Positions 48,867 through 58,480 of a stretch of 64,000 nucleotides of DNA are shown here, piece after piece (positions within the stretch are counted from its first letter, which is position 1; the number at the start of each line of letters is the position of its first letter). This DNA is from an uncultured bacterium (GTDB lineage: Bacteria; Omnitrophota; Omnitrophia; Omnitrophales; Aquincolibacteriaceae), in NCBI GenBank assembly GCA_964434115.1, contig CAYSSX010000002.1, positions 9,680-73,679 of the forward strand, written 5' to 3'. A program made the position numbers and the translations under genes. The notes below the pieces were generated by a model that was not told the origin of the DNA, did not search any database, and was given only the letters and a program-made list of their open reading frames with translations.

Positions 48867-49535
48867 ATGACCAAGCTGGCTCAAATTACGATTCTTATGC
48901 TGTTCTGTGGATGCCAGGCTCTTTCTCATAAACCGGCAGTGGCTAGGGATGTTGGAGTTCTAAACCAGCAGGCCCGCGAATCCTTGGTTCGCGGGGAGTA
49001 TTTCAAAGCACGCAAGGCGGCTGAAAAAGCCCTTGCGATTGAACCTCAAAATGAGGAAAGCCGCCAGCTCATGGCAGAAGTTCTGGATGGAGAAATTTCG
49101 CGGCAAAAAGAGACTTTTGATTCAAGGCCGACAGACGAAAGTGGATCTAGCGAAACAGAAGACCAGGTCAAAACGTGGCTTGAGCGTGCCCGGGAATTAT
49201 ATCGGGGTAAACAGTATGAGGAAGCAATGGAAGCAGCTGAAAAAGTGTTCAGCTTTGATGAAAGCAATATCGAAGCCTCTGAACTTATGGATCAAATTCG
49301 GAAAGAAGTTTATTCAGAAGGTAAAACCGAATCGGTTTTCTTAAAGAAGATGTATGAGACGGAAGCTGACGAGCGAATCTTGAGATACAAGCAGGAAGTT
49401 AAAAATCAGATGTCCGAAGGGGAGTGGGGAGCCGCCAAGCTTACCGCTGAAAAGATTTTGTTGCTGGCCCCGGAAGATAAGGAAGCCCGGAACCTCTACG
49501 AACAGATTCAACAAAGAGAGGCACTGAACTCGTGA
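48867..49535 (+). CDS. TPR/coiled-coil lipoprotein, hypothetical
   Basis: Lipoprotein-type signal (LFCGC) followed by an Ala/Glu/Lys-rich helical repeat sequence. Confidence 0.45.
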   Translation: MTKLAQITILMLFCGCQALSHKPAVARDVGVLNQQARESLVRGEYFKARKAAEKALAIEPQNEESRQLMAEVLDGEISRQKETFDSRPTDESGSSETEDQVKTWLERARELYRGKQYEEAMEAAEKVFSFDESNIEASELMDQIRKEVYSEGKTESVFLKKMYETEADERILRYKQEVKNQMSEGEWGAAKLTAEKILLLAPEDKEARNLYEQIQQREALNS

Positions 49536-49783
49536 AAAGAGAAAAACTCTTCAAGATCGGGGAAGTGATGCAGTACACAGGGTTGTCGCGTCAAACCCTC
49601 CACAATTACACCTTAACAGGCCTTATTCAGGAGGCTCGCCGCACCGCCTCAGGCCACCGGCTTTATGATGAAACAGTTTTTGATCGTCTCGAACAAATCA
49701 AAATCCTGCAATCTAAGAATTATACCCTACTTCAAATTAAAAAAATTTTAGAGCAGCAAAAAGAAAAAACTAAATCATTGTAA
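49532..49783 (+). CDS. MerR-family HTH transcriptional regulator (short form)
   Basis: KIGEVMQYTGLSRQTLHNYTLTGLI MerR-type HTH. 83 aa. GTGA overlap with the upstream gene. Confidence 0.65.
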   Translation: MKREKLFKIGEVMQYTGLSRQTLHNYTLTGLIQEARRTASGHRLYDETVFDRLEQIKILQSKNYTLLQIKKILEQQKEKTKSL

Positions 49784-49808
49784 ATCATAAAACCCGGAGG
49801 AACCCCCT

Positions 49809-50588
49809 ATGCGTGAAGAAGAAATCAGAATGTGGAAGAAATACAAGCGGACAAAAAGCCAGGCTTTACGAGAAGAAATTGTGAAGAAGTATCTTTACCT
49901 TGTGAAGTATGTGGCTGGCCGCGTTGCGATTGGTCTTCCGCCGAATGTTGAGTTTAACGATCTTGTCAGCTACGGCATTCTGGGACTCTTTGACGCGATC
50001 AACAAATACGATGTGTCACAGGGAAATAAATTTGAAACTTATGCGGTTTCCCGTATTCGCGGTTCAATCATGGATGAGCTTAGAAAGCTCGACTGGGCTC
50101 CCCGTCTTCTCCGTAAGAAAGCGCGCGAAATTGAAAAAAAATGCAAAGAGCTTGAAGAAAAGCACGGGCGGATTGCGAGTGACGACGAGCTTGCGACAGC
50201 GCTCAATATTTCAACCGACGAACTGAACAGCATTTACAGTGATCTGAATTCCACGACGTTTCTTTCACTGGATGAAGTTTGGCAGAATGACGACGGGAAT
50301 AAACCGATCTCCCGCCTTCAAACGATTGAAGACTCCCTCATCACAAATCAATTCAACTATGTTCATCAGAACGAAGTGAAAGAAATTCTGGCGCAATCGA
50401 TAGACGAACTCCCTGAAAAGGAAAAGCTCGTGATCGTACTCTACTATTATGAAAACCTGACTTTGAGAGAAATCGGAGAAATTCTTGATGTTTCGGAATC
50501 TCGCGTCTGTCAGATTCATACCAAGGTCGTAACGCGTCTTCGTTCCCACCTGACGCGGAAAGTAGGCGAACTGACACTCGAAGCCTAA
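49809..50588 (+). CDS. fliA: RNA polymerase sigma factor sigma-28 (FliA/WhiG family)
   Basis: Region 2 (FETYAVSRIRGSIMDELR) and region 4 (LTLREIGEILDVSESRVCQIHTKVVTRLR) motifs. 259 aa. Confidence 0.85.
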   Translation: MREEEIRMWKKYKRTKSQALREEIVKKYLYLVKYVAGRVAIGLPPNVEFNDLVSYGILGLFDAINKYDVSQGNKFETYAVSRIRGSIMDELRKLDWAPRLLRKKAREIEKKCKELEEKHGRIASDDELATALNISTDELNSIYSDLNSTTFLSLDEVWQNDDGNKPISRLQTIEDSLITNQFNYVHQNEVKEILAQSIDELPEKEKLVIVLYYYENLTLREIGEILDVSESRVCQIHTKVVTRLRSHLTRKVGELTLEA

Positions 50589-50617
50589 GAAAACCCGTGT
50601 TTTTGTCCGGAAAATCT

Positions 50618-50644
50618 TAAGTTCATGACCTCGACCGTCGATAA
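50618..50644 (+). promoter_or_regulatory. Sigma-28-type promoter TAAG-N15-GTCGATAA upstream of flgM
   Basis: 10/12 match to the TAAA-N15-GCCGATAA consensus, 70 nt upstream of the flgM ATG. Confidence 0.45.
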
Positions 50645-50714
50645 TCGTCTTAGAATACGGTTGAAAAGTGAACTGGCTTTTTAAGATCTAACATTATTCC
50701 GGACAAAGGGTTAT

Positions 50715-50987
50715 ATGAAATTACCGAGACGTGACTTTCATTCGGGCGGGGCGTCCGCTAAGCCTCAAGGAATCCGAATTGAAAAGCCCAGCATGGAACA
50801 TTATGAAGATGAGGGGCTATGGCGGGAAGTTAGAAAATTTGCTGAATTGATTCCTTCAGAACCCGACCCGAATTTTGGCCGTGTTCGGGAAATCAAAGAT
50901 GAGCTTAAAAAGGGAACCTATTTTACTCCCGAGGTTCTTGAGGAAACAGCCGCAAGACTTGCCATTCGGTTCATGACTCGGGAGTAG
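50715..50987 (+). CDS. flgM: Anti-sigma-28 factor FlgM
   Basis: Small (90 aa) protein with a C-terminal FlgM-like helix (RVREIKDELKKGTYFTPEVLEETAARLA), immediately downstream of fliA. Confidence 0.55.
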   Translation: MKLPRRDFHSGGASAKPQGIRIEKPSMEHYEDEGLWREVRKFAELIPSEPDPNFGRVREIKDELKKGTYFTPEVLEETAARLAIRFMTRE

Positions 50988-52251
50988 CGGTCCCCTCCTT
51001 TCTCAGTTTGCAGATTTCAATCCACCTTTGAATAGCTTCAAGCGACATAAACTTTCCCCAGACAACACCATCGTTCAGAAAATTTTCCAGTATCAAAACA
51101 ATAATTCCTTGATCAATGCCCACATATTCTTCCGCCCACCAGCGTTTGTCGAGATTAAACGCATCTTTAAACCCAAAATGTCCGTAAAGCTGTTGTTGAT
51201 ACTGCTCAAAGAAAAATCGGGCCGCATTCATCGATTCCTCTGGCGTAAAAATAATTGAGGAGAGTGCCGCGTAGGGTGCGATTGTCCCATCTTGCAAGCC
51301 TTCACCCGGCTTTCCGCCATAGGCTTTGTAACCTCCTGGACCCACAGAAGCTGAAAGCCCCCAGGAATTCTCCGAATAGCTTTTAGAAATATGTCTGAAG
51401 CCAAGCGAATATTCTCTATTTGCCAAGGAGGCTTGCCGGGAGTTTTCAAAATAGTTAATTCCAGCATCATCCAGATTCCGGAAGTCAATAAATGCCTGCG
51501 GATATTGATAGGTAAAGAGACTTCCCGAATAAGAAAAGACTATTTTGCGGCCGTTAAATTCGTCCTCTCTCCGCTCCCAGGAATTCCAAACTTCGCGTCC
51601 CACGGGATGAGTGGGAGACCCAAGCGCTAATGCCTGAAGGATCAGCTGCTCGTTGTACATGTCCCAATAATAAGGAAGAAAGCCTGTTTCAGGTTTCCAG
51701 CCCATGCAGAGAAGATCGGTTCCATTAAGCATCCAGTTCCAGTCTACGCGTGCATAGAGGTCGTTAGCCATTCTTTCAATATCGGTCCCAGGGTAGTACT
51801 GGGCGGCCACTAAGGCTCCTGCGATCAGAAGTGCCGTATCGATAGATGAAGCTTCAGAGGCCCAAACCCTGCGGCCGCTTTTGGGGTCAAGGAAATGATA
51901 AAAGAAACCGCGCTCATGCTGGGCTTTGGTCAGAAGACTTTTTAATGTCTTATGAAGGTATTCACGCGCCCAGGCTTCAGGAATCCATTGATGGGAGGCT
52001 CCTATGGCAACAGATGCGAGGGAAAACCCGGTAGCCGCTATGGAAGCAGGCGAGCCGGGCCGAGAGGTGTCTCGGGTGAGGCCTGTCTCTTTATCTGAGA
52101 GGCGTGGAAAGTACTGAAAAGTATCTTTTTGTATTTTCTTGAGCAGGTCAGCATCGCGTGGTTTCAGGGGGTCCGCAAAAACGCAAGGAAGGGATAATAG
52201 AAAGCAGAGTCCAATAGCGGCAAAAGCCTTGAGGGGATCAGGAATCCGCAC
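50971..52251 (-). CDS. Secreted (alpha/alpha)6-barrel glycoside-hydrolase-like protein (glucoamylase/DUF3131-like)
   Basis: Signal peptide after GTG 52251 (VRIPDPLKAFAAIGLCFLLSLPCVFA). Acidic/aromatic-rich catalytic-domain-like sequence. The upstream part of ORF to 52686 overlaps the HAMP gene and is low complexity. Confidence 0.4.
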   Translation of the reverse strand: MRIPDPLKAFAAIGLCFLLSLPCVFADPLKPRDADLLKKIQKDTFQYFPRLSDKETGLTRDTSRPGSPASIAATGFSLASVAIGASHQWIPEAWAREYLHKTLKSLLTKAQHERGFFYHFLDPKSGRRVWASEASSIDTALLIAGALVAAQYYPGTDIERMANDLYARVDWNWMLNGTDLLCMGWKPETGFLPYYWDMYNEQLILQALALGSPTHPVGREVWNSWERREDEFNGRKIVFSYSGSLFTYQYPQAFIDFRNLDDAGINYFENSRQASLANREYSLGFRHISKSYSENSWGLSASVGPGGYKAYGGKPGEGLQDGTIAPYAALSSIIFTPEESMNAARFFFEQYQQQLYGHFGFKDAFNLDKRWWAEEYVGIDQGIIVLILENFLNDGVVWGKFMSLEAIQRWIEICKLRKEGTATPES

Positions 52252-52912
52252 TGGTCTTGAATCGGGAAAGTTCGGATTTGAGAAGGGAAAGAGCCTTTGC
52301 CGGATCAGATTCGTTTTCCCGAATAATCGTTTTGACCCGGGACAGCGATTCGTCAAGCGAGGCTGCGGAGTCATTAAAATGCCGAGCAATCGTTTGCCCC
52401 TCATCTGCCTTGCGAAGCTGTATTCGGACGCGGAGATTTCCTTTGTTGATTTCTTCAAGGGATTTATCGAGCCGGTAGAATGGGCCTGCCACCTTATGGG
52501 ACAAGAAGATCGACCCCCAGGCGATGAAGAAGAGGAGAAGCAAAAACTTCGGCAGCAGACTTTTGTTGGAGTCGTCGAGAATCTCTTTGAATACCTCTCT
52601 CTGGCGCTCACTGAGCTTTTCGGCCTGTTTGAAGAAAGAAATGGCCGACCCTTGCTGCGCGTCAGCTGTTTGGCGGGCCTCTTCATACTCGGTGAGACGG
52701 GAAGCCGTCAAAAGGTCGTTGCGCAGCCTTTCGTTGGAGAAGGCATCAAGCATGCTTCCCCAAATCCCAATATAGAGGCCAAACATCATGATGATGGTAA
52801 TGACGAGCAAGGGAAAAGTTACATAAGTCATAAAGCGGAGCTGCAAAGGCTTGTTGATCAGAAAGTGCTTTCGGCGATTGGCTGTCATGAGGGATAATCT
52901 TAAGGCAAGCAA
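52238..52912 (-). CDS. Two-TM membrane protein with HAMP domain and no output domain
   Basis: TM1, periplasmic loop, TM2, then a HAMP-like segment (HKVAGPFYRLDKSLEEINKGNLRVRIQ). 224 aa. Confidence 0.5.
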   Translation of the reverse strand: MLALRLSLMTANRRKHFLINKPLQLRFMTYVTFPLLVITIIMMFGLYIGIWGSMLDAFSNERLRNDLLTASRLTEYEEARQTADAQQGSAISFFKQAEKLSERQREVFKEILDDSNKSLLPKFLLLLFFIAWGSIFLSHKVAGPFYRLDKSLEEINKGNLRVRIQLRKADEGQTIARHFNDSAASLDESLSRVKTIIRENESDPAKALSLLKSELSRFKTSADS

Positions 52913-53027
52913 TGCCAGGTGTCAAAACCAAATCCTTGCGGAGCAGTAAGGTTTTAATCAGAAAAAGCCGAAATCCTAATCAGGGTTTAGTCATTTTTAA
53001 TCATCCGGCCAGAAGGAGTTTGGAATC

Positions 53028-54530
53028 ATGAAAATTAATGTTGTCACAATTGCTTCCCGGAAATCGCAGGCAGATCTTTTTATTGCGGGATGTTTTAATC
53101 AAGAAAAGTTGGACAAAGACCTGATTTTTTGTGAACCCGAGTTCTCATCCAGCGCCAAGGTTGCGCTTAAAAAGCATAGGTTCTCCGGGAAATTTGGGGA
53201 AACCTTGGTGAGTTTTGGCGCCAAGCTTCGGCAAGCCCCCGAAACCGTGCTCCTCGGCCTTGGGGAGAAAAAGAAATTTTTTAAGGCCTGTGCCCGGAAA
53301 ACGGCGGGGTCGCTAATTCGGATTGCGCGCGAGAGAAAGGCGCTGAAAATCCGGGTCCTTGTGACGTCTTTCGTAAGCCCGGAAGTTTCTCTTGAATCGA
53401 TAGTTCGCATTTTTTCTGAAACGGCCTTTCTTGCGGCCTATGATTTCCGGAAGTATAAAGCGCAAGGCGCGTTAAGTGAACGGAGCACTCCCGCCGTCTT
53501 AGAGCTTTTGGTCGCCGGTGCGCGGGATGTTTCGAAACTTCAAAAAGCTGCGGACGAGGGACGAAAAATAGCAGAAGGCGTCATGTTTGCCCGGGATCTT
53601 ATTAATGAACCCGCCAATGTAATTAATCCCCAAACACTTGCTGCCGCGGCCCGGAAAATGGCCGCTCAAGCCCGGGTTTCCTGCCGAATTATCGGTGAAA
53701 AAGAACTTCGGAAGCTAAAAATGGGCGGAATTTTGGGAGTTAACCAAGGCAGCCTGACACCTCCGGCTCTGATTGTTTTGGAATACGGAAAGACTTATGC
53801 CCGGCAGGGGACGACATGCCTGGTCGGCAAAGGGGTCACTTTTGATACGGGAGGCCTGTCGCTAAAGCCCGCAGGCGGTATGGAGAAAATGAAGTACGAT
53901 ATGTCCGGTGCGGCAGCTGTTCTGGGGGCGATGAAAGCCATTGCCGGGTTAAAACTTAAGCGGCATGTTGTTGTTTTAGCGCCCGCTGTTGAAAATAACG
54001 TCGCGAACAATCCTCAAAGACCCGGCGATATTATCCGTATGTTTAATGGAAAAACGGTCGAGGTTTTAAATACGGATGCAGAAGGGCGCCTCATCTTAGG
54101 GGATGCCTTGTCGTATGCTGCCCGGTTCAAGCCTAAAGCGCTTATCGACATCGCGACTTTGACGGGGATGTGTGCCGCGACTTTCGCTGATCAAGCGATT
54201 GGTTTAATGGGAACGGATGAAAAGCTGGTGTCCAAAATAAAGGAAGCGGGGCAGAAGACCGGAGAACGCTGCTGGGAACTTCCGCTTTGGGAAGAATACG
54301 GGCAAATGATTAAAGGAAAGCAGTCCGATTTGAAAAATATCGGAGGCTCTAACGGCGGGACGATCACGGCAGGTATGTTTTTGAAAGAGTTTGTTCCGGA
54401 AAAGACGGCCTGGGCGCACTTGGACATTGCGGGTTCGGCGTGGTGTGAAACTCCGCGGCATGACTGTCAATACGGGGCGACCGGCGTCGGTGTCCGCTTG
54501 TTTGTCGAACTGTTATCGGGAGGTTTTTAA
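53028..54530 (+). CDS. pepA: Leucyl aminopeptidase (M17 family)
   Basis: NTDAEGRL M17 signature and metal ligands, 500 aa. Confidence 0.9.
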   Translation: MKINVVTIASRKSQADLFIAGCFNQEKLDKDLIFCEPEFSSSAKVALKKHRFSGKFGETLVSFGAKLRQAPETVLLGLGEKKKFFKACARKTAGSLIRIARERKALKIRVLVTSFVSPEVSLESIVRIFSETAFLAAYDFRKYKAQGALSERSTPAVLELLVAGARDVSKLQKAADEGRKIAEGVMFARDLINEPANVINPQTLAAAARKMAAQARVSCRIIGEKELRKLKMGGILGVNQGSLTPPALIVLEYGKTYARQGTTCLVGKGVTFDTGGLSLKPAGGMEKMKYDMSGAAAVLGAMKAIAGLKLKRHVVVLAPAVENNVANNPQRPGDIIRMFNGKTVEVLNTDAEGRLILGDALSYAARFKPKALIDIATLTGMCAATFADQAIGLMGTDEKLVSKIKEAGQKTGERCWELPLWEEYGQMIKGKQSDLKNIGGSNGGTITAGMFLKEFVPEKTAWAHLDIAGSAWCETPRHDCQYGATGVGVRLFVELLSGGF

Positions 54531-54534
54531 CATT

Positions 54535-54579
54535 TTGACAAGGCGTTTTATTGACAGCGTTTTAGAAACACGTTAAGAT
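54535..54579 (+). promoter_or_regulatory. Tandem TTGACA -35 boxes and a TAAGAT -10 upstream of the 54655 gene
   Basis: TTGACA at 54535 and 54551. 17-nt spacer from the second to TAAGAT 54574-54579. Confidence 0.35.
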
Positions 54580-54654
54580 TCCCGGCTGTGGCTTCAAATT
54601 TGAAAATTTTATGAAACGTTAAATGATGAAGTGAATCCTTTTGGGAGGAGAAAA

Positions 54655-55119
54655 ATGAAAAATAAATTTTTGTCACCCCTGCTTGTTGTTATGACAGCAC
54701 TTTCTTTTCAGAGTCAGCCGCTTTTTGCCCAAGGGTTTCGTGAAGCTGGAGCTTCCCTCCTTCTTCCGACCTCAGGTCAAGCCCTCAATGGAGAAATCCG
54801 GAGCACCAAAACAAAAATTATGGGTGCTATCGAAATCGCCAGCGTAACCACAGCCATTGTTCTGGGGACAACGGTTGGCGGCGGTGTTGTGTGGGCCGGC
54901 CTTGGTCCGATGCTTGCGAACCGTGTTTGGAGCTCAGCGGATGCTTATCGCGGGGCTAAGCGCAAGGCGCAGGAACAGCCCATGGTCCAGGCACAGGTTG
55001 ATGAAGCGCAGCGCACCCTCGAGTATTCACGGCAGCGTCGTTTTGATCGTGAGCAGGCTCAGCGCAGTGATCTTCGTGACCGTATGCGGCAGGCCGCAGA
55101 AGTGGGTTATAACTCATAA
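54655..55119 (+). CDS. Hypothetical secreted/membrane protein
   Basis: GGAGGAG RBS, signal peptide, Gly-rich hydrophobic segment, charged Gln/Arg-rich C-terminus. Confidence 0.4.
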   Translation: MKNKFLSPLLVVMTALSFQSQPLFAQGFREAGASLLLPTSGQALNGEIRSTKTKIMGAIEIASVTTAIVLGTTVGGGVVWAGLGPMLANRVWSSADAYRGAKRKAQEQPMVQAQVDEAQRTLEYSRQRRFDREQAQRSDLRDRMRQAAEVGYNS

Positions 55120-55142
55120 TCCAGCTTCTCATCTGGAAAAAA

Positions 55143-55177
55143 AAGGCCCTCACAGTCGTGAGGGCCTTTTTTATTTA
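55143..55177. terminator. Bidirectional rho-independent terminator between convergent genes
   Basis: Perfect 11-bp stem AAGGCCCTCAC/GTGAGGGCCTT, 4-nt loop, then TTTTTATTT. A-run on the opposite side. Confidence 0.7.
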
Positions 55178-55194
55178 GGGACAGAAGCGGGAAG

Positions 55195-55887
55195 TTAGAA
55201 AGTTTCTTGCTTGGGGCCGTAGTAATCTTTCCCAAGTTCAACTTTGGGGCGTCCCTGACTGACCCGCCAATCATTCGTGTCGCGAAGGGAGTAAGCGCAG
55301 CCGCAGTATTGCTGCTGATAAAATTCTTCGTTCCGGGCGATTTTGATCATCCGCTGTGAACCATTGTCTTTTCTCCAGTTGTAATCCCAATAGCGGACAC
55401 CCGGGAAAAGAGAAGCCGCTGCAATTCCCGCGCGGGTTACCTGGTCAAAGTCTTTCCAGCGTGAAATTCCAAGGCAGCTCGTGATAACCTTGAAATCATT
55501 TTTAGACGCATATTCCGCCGTTTTTACGAAACGCATTTCGAAACACATGGAGCATCGTTCACCCCGCTCCTCATCCTTTTCGTGCCCCTTCATTTCTTTG
55601 AACCATCGCTCAGCGTCATAATCCGCATCCACGAAAGGGATTCCCAGTTTTTGAGCGTAGCGTATGTTTTCATCTTTCCGGATTTCATATTCTTGGCGAG
55701 GATGAATGTTAGGGTTGTAGAAATAAATCGTGAGTTGGAGACCAGCCTGATGCATGTCTTCGATAACCGATCCTGAGCAGGGAGCGCAGCAGGAATGGAG
55801 CAGAACTTTCTTTTCTCCTCCGGGAGGAGTTAGGGCTCTGGAGTCTTGGGCTTGCTTTGAATTCATAGGCTTTTGGAAAGAGGGCAT
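55195..55887 (-). CDS. queH: Epoxyqueuosine reductase QueH (DUF208)
   Basis: LLHSCCAPCS cysteine motif and further conserved Cys (CGCAYS). Confidence 0.8.
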   Translation of the reverse strand: MPSFQKPMNSKQAQDSRALTPPGGEKKVLLHSCCAPCSGSVIEDMHQAGLQLTIYFYNPNIHPRQEYEIRKDENIRYAQKLGIPFVDADYDAERWFKEMKGHEKDEERGERCSMCFEMRFVKTAEYASKNDFKVITSCLGISRWKDFDQVTRAGIAAASLFPGVRYWDYNWRKDNGSQRMIKIARNEEFYQQQYCGCAYSLRDTNDWRVSQGRPKVELGKDYYGPKQETF

Positions 55888-55902
55888 TTGTGCCTATAAT
55901 AA
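55873..55902 (+). promoter_or_regulatory. Possible promoter TTGGAA-18-TATAAT for the ROK kinase gene
   Basis: Seen in the divergent intergenic region. AAAGGAGAGG RBS follows at 55933-55942. Confidence 0.3.
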
Positions 55903-55948
55903 CCGACATAGTCCGCTACAGCAAGGTTCTCAAAAGGAGAGGCAAACA

Positions 55949-56860
55949 ATGAAATCTGAGGGACTAAATGCGATGTCTGGTCTGCGCCTTGGGATCGACC
56001 TTGGAGGAACAAAAATCGAAGGGGTCATTCTTGACCGCGGCAGGGTAATTCTAAGAAAGAGAATTGCTACCGAACAGGAAAAGGGCTACTTCGGAATCCT
56101 GGGCAATCTTTACCGGATCTATGAAATCATGAAAAAAGAAATCCGCGGCAGGGCTCATACGCTGGGCATCGGTACACCGGGTGTATTATCTCTTCAGACG
56201 GGAAAGCTTAAGAATTCCAATACCTTATGTTTGAACGGCCGTCTTTCTCTCGAAGACCTGGAGAGGCATTTGGGGAGGCGTTTGGCTGTAGAAAATGATG
56301 CCAACTGTTTTGCCATGGCCGAAGCGTTGCTCGGCGCAGGCAGGGGACATCAACGTGTTTTTGGAGTTATTCTCGGGACGGGCTGCGGCGGTGGTATTGT
56401 GGAAGGAGGGCGCATGATTAAAGGCCTTCAGGGACTTGCCGGAGAGTGGGGGCATATGGCAATTGACCCGCGGGGACCGGTTTGTTATTGTGGCTCACGA
56501 GGCTGCGTCGAAACTTTGATTAGCGGGGGCGGCCTGGAAAAGCTGTACCGAAAACAATTTGGAACGGCGAAACGGCTTCCGGAAATTATTACGGCGTACC
56601 GCAGGAAATCCCCGCGTGCCGTAAAGTTTGTGGGACAGTTCTTTCGTCATTTTGGAAGATCCATGGCTAATTTAATTAATGTCTTGGATCCCGATATAGT
56701 AGTCCTGGGGGGCGGTGTTTCTAATATCCGGGAGCTTTATACAACAGGTGTTCGTGAAGTGAAAAGCCGGGTCTTTGGAAATGATTTTCGGACCCCGATT
56801 GTGAAACATCAATTAGGGGATTCTGCGGGTGTTCTTGGCGCCGCGCTTCTTGGTATTTAG
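55949..56860 (+). CDS. ROK-family sugar kinase (NagK/Mak-like)
   Basis: N-terminal LGIDLGGTK. Zinc motif CYCGSRGCVE. 303 aa. Confidence 0.8.
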   Translation: MKSEGLNAMSGLRLGIDLGGTKIEGVILDRGRVILRKRIATEQEKGYFGILGNLYRIYEIMKKEIRGRAHTLGIGTPGVLSLQTGKLKNSNTLCLNGRLSLEDLERHLGRRLAVENDANCFAMAEALLGAGRGHQRVFGVILGTGCGGGIVEGGRMIKGLQGLAGEWGHMAIDPRGPVCYCGSRGCVETLISGGGLEKLYRKQFGTAKRLPEIITAYRRKSPRAVKFVGQFFRHFGRSMANLINVLDPDIVVLGGGVSNIRELYTTGVREVKSRVFGNDFRTPIVKHQLGDSAGVLGAALLGI

Positions 56861-56875
56861 TTTACAAAGGCGAGT

Positions 56876-57694
56876 ATGCGATTTTATCAATACAAAGCAA
56901 AAGACATCCGCGGGTATTCCTGCTCCGGCAGCCTAAAAGCCGAAAGCGAAGAGGCTGCCCGCCGTCAGCTTGAAGCCCGCCGTTTAACAAGCATTGAGAT
57001 TGAAGAAGACCACGAAGCTTTTTCACGTGTTTCTGAAGCAACGCGGCGGATGCCGCCCGTCCGTCCCAAGAAGGAATCGAGCATCCAGAATTTTTTAAGT
57101 TATGCTATGCCCGCGGGCGCGGCTCTTCTGGCGATATGCGGGATTCCAATCGTTATGAGTTTGGTGAGGCCGGCAGCTCCCTCGGAAACACCCGTTAAAG
57201 TTTTAGAGGCCTATTTCCATCTTGAAAGCTCCGGGCAGTTTGAAAAGCAGTACGCTCTTCTAAGTTCTGCCAGGAAAAACAGTTTTAAAAACGTCAACGA
57301 TTATATAGATAAGAGAAAACAGTCTTTATCGCCCTCGGGGCTTTCTGGCCCCGTGATCCCCGGGAAATTTTCCGGCGCTAAACAAATTGAAAAAAAACAG
57401 CGTCGAGTCCGGTATGAAGTCAAAATTTTAAGACCTTCAGGAGTCGATACCGGGGAGGCAGTTTTAACACTCTCCCGGGGAAAATGGGGAGTCGATTCCC
57501 TGCGTGACCCGGGGATTGTGAATGCCTATCTTGACCGTTTGCTTGAAAGCAGCAGCGAAACCGCAAAGCACCCGGTTCTGATTGCGTTGAAACGGGAAAC
57601 AGGCTATTCCGACCTGGATATAGAAAAGCTTCTCAAAGACCGAAAAAGTGAAAAGAAAAAACAGGAAATCGGCGGCGATACCTTCCTTCTTTAA
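56876..57694 (+). CDS. Hypothetical single-TM protein with a GspF/PilC-N-terminal-like motif
   Basis: N-terminus MRFYQYKAKDIRG..G..A.S...A...L matches the F-Y-K-A-D-G pattern of GspF/PilC N-termini. One TM helix. Lys-rich C-terminus. Confidence 0.35.
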   Translation: MRFYQYKAKDIRGYSCSGSLKAESEEAARRQLEARRLTSIEIEEDHEAFSRVSEATRRMPPVRPKKESSIQNFLSYAMPAGAALLAICGIPIVMSLVRPAAPSETPVKVLEAYFHLESSGQFEKQYALLSSARKNSFKNVNDYIDKRKQSLSPSGLSGPVIPGKFSGAKQIEKKQRRVRYEVKILRPSGVDTGEAVLTLSRGKWGVDSLRDPGIVNAYLDRLLESSSETAKHPVLIALKRETGYSDLDIEKLLKDRKSEKKKQEIGGDTFLL

Positions 57695-57780
57695 AGCGTT
57701 TAGATTTTTCCTCAGAAATTCCTTCCCTTCGCCGATAATAAGAGCAAACGCATTGATCGCTGCTTTTTTAAGGAGCTCTT

Positions 57781-58458
57781 ATGCTGGAAACTTCGCTTAT
57801 TCAAGGCTGTTGGATTGCGCTTGCCGCTTTCAGCGCTTGGTTTTTAGGCGCCGCTATCGAAAGAACAAAAACTAACCGTCAACTTCGTTCTTCCTCCCGC
57901 CGGCTTGAAGTTTTGGAAAAAGAGACAGAGGGCTACCGGAAAGACTTAGGCCTTGCCCGCGAAGAAGTTGTCACGCTCCAGAAAACCTTGGCAGGTGAGC
58001 GTGCTGCGCAGACGGAAAGCCTGCTTACTATGACTCAAACGTTTCACAAGAAAATGTTACGGACCGCAGCCTTGTTTGCGGGCGGAGGGATGGTTCTTGG
58101 CGGCATTTTATGCGGTTGGGGAGTTCAAACAAGAGCGGACCTAGAAGCCGTAAAACATTTTATGGATCTTGAGGTTCAGGTGAGGGTCGCGCAAGCGCGG
58201 GCCGAAGGGCTTGAACTCCAGCTTTCCAGCGCGAAGCAGGATTATAAACAGCTCTGGAAAAATTTTATGGAAAACCTTGAAGTAAAAACAGTCACCACGG
58301 CAAAGCTCGAAAGCCTTTTAGACCAACTTTCCTCTCGGAAGCTTAAAGGAGCCTTGGAGCTTGACGTTGAAGCCCTGCGCAAGAACCTGGAGGAGCTGCA
58401 GAGGCATGATCCCGCACAGCTTGCCGAGTGGATGCCCGTTTCCCTTACAAAGGTTTAG
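57781..58458 (+). CDS. Hypothetical coiled-coil membrane protein
   Basis: TM, coiled coil, hydrophobic Gly-rich segment, coiled coil. No recognisable family. Confidence 0.35.
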   Translation: MLETSLIQGCWIALAAFSAWFLGAAIERTKTNRQLRSSSRRLEVLEKETEGYRKDLGLAREEVVTLQKTLAGERAAQTESLLTMTQTFHKKMLRTAALFAGGGMVLGGILCGWGVQTRADLEAVKHFMDLEVQVRVAQARAEGLELQLSSAKQDYKQLWKNFMENLEVKTVTTAKLESLLDQLSSRKLKGALELDVEALRKNLEELQRHDPAQLAEWMPVSLTKV

Positions 58459-58480
58459 GGTTTAAATAGCGCAGGGATTT

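Noticed and set aside
50971-52686. 571-aa reading of the minus-strand hydrolase ORF
   Set aside because: The first 145 codons overlap the HAMP gene and are Ser/Arg-rich nonsense. The signal peptide begins right after the GTG at 52251.
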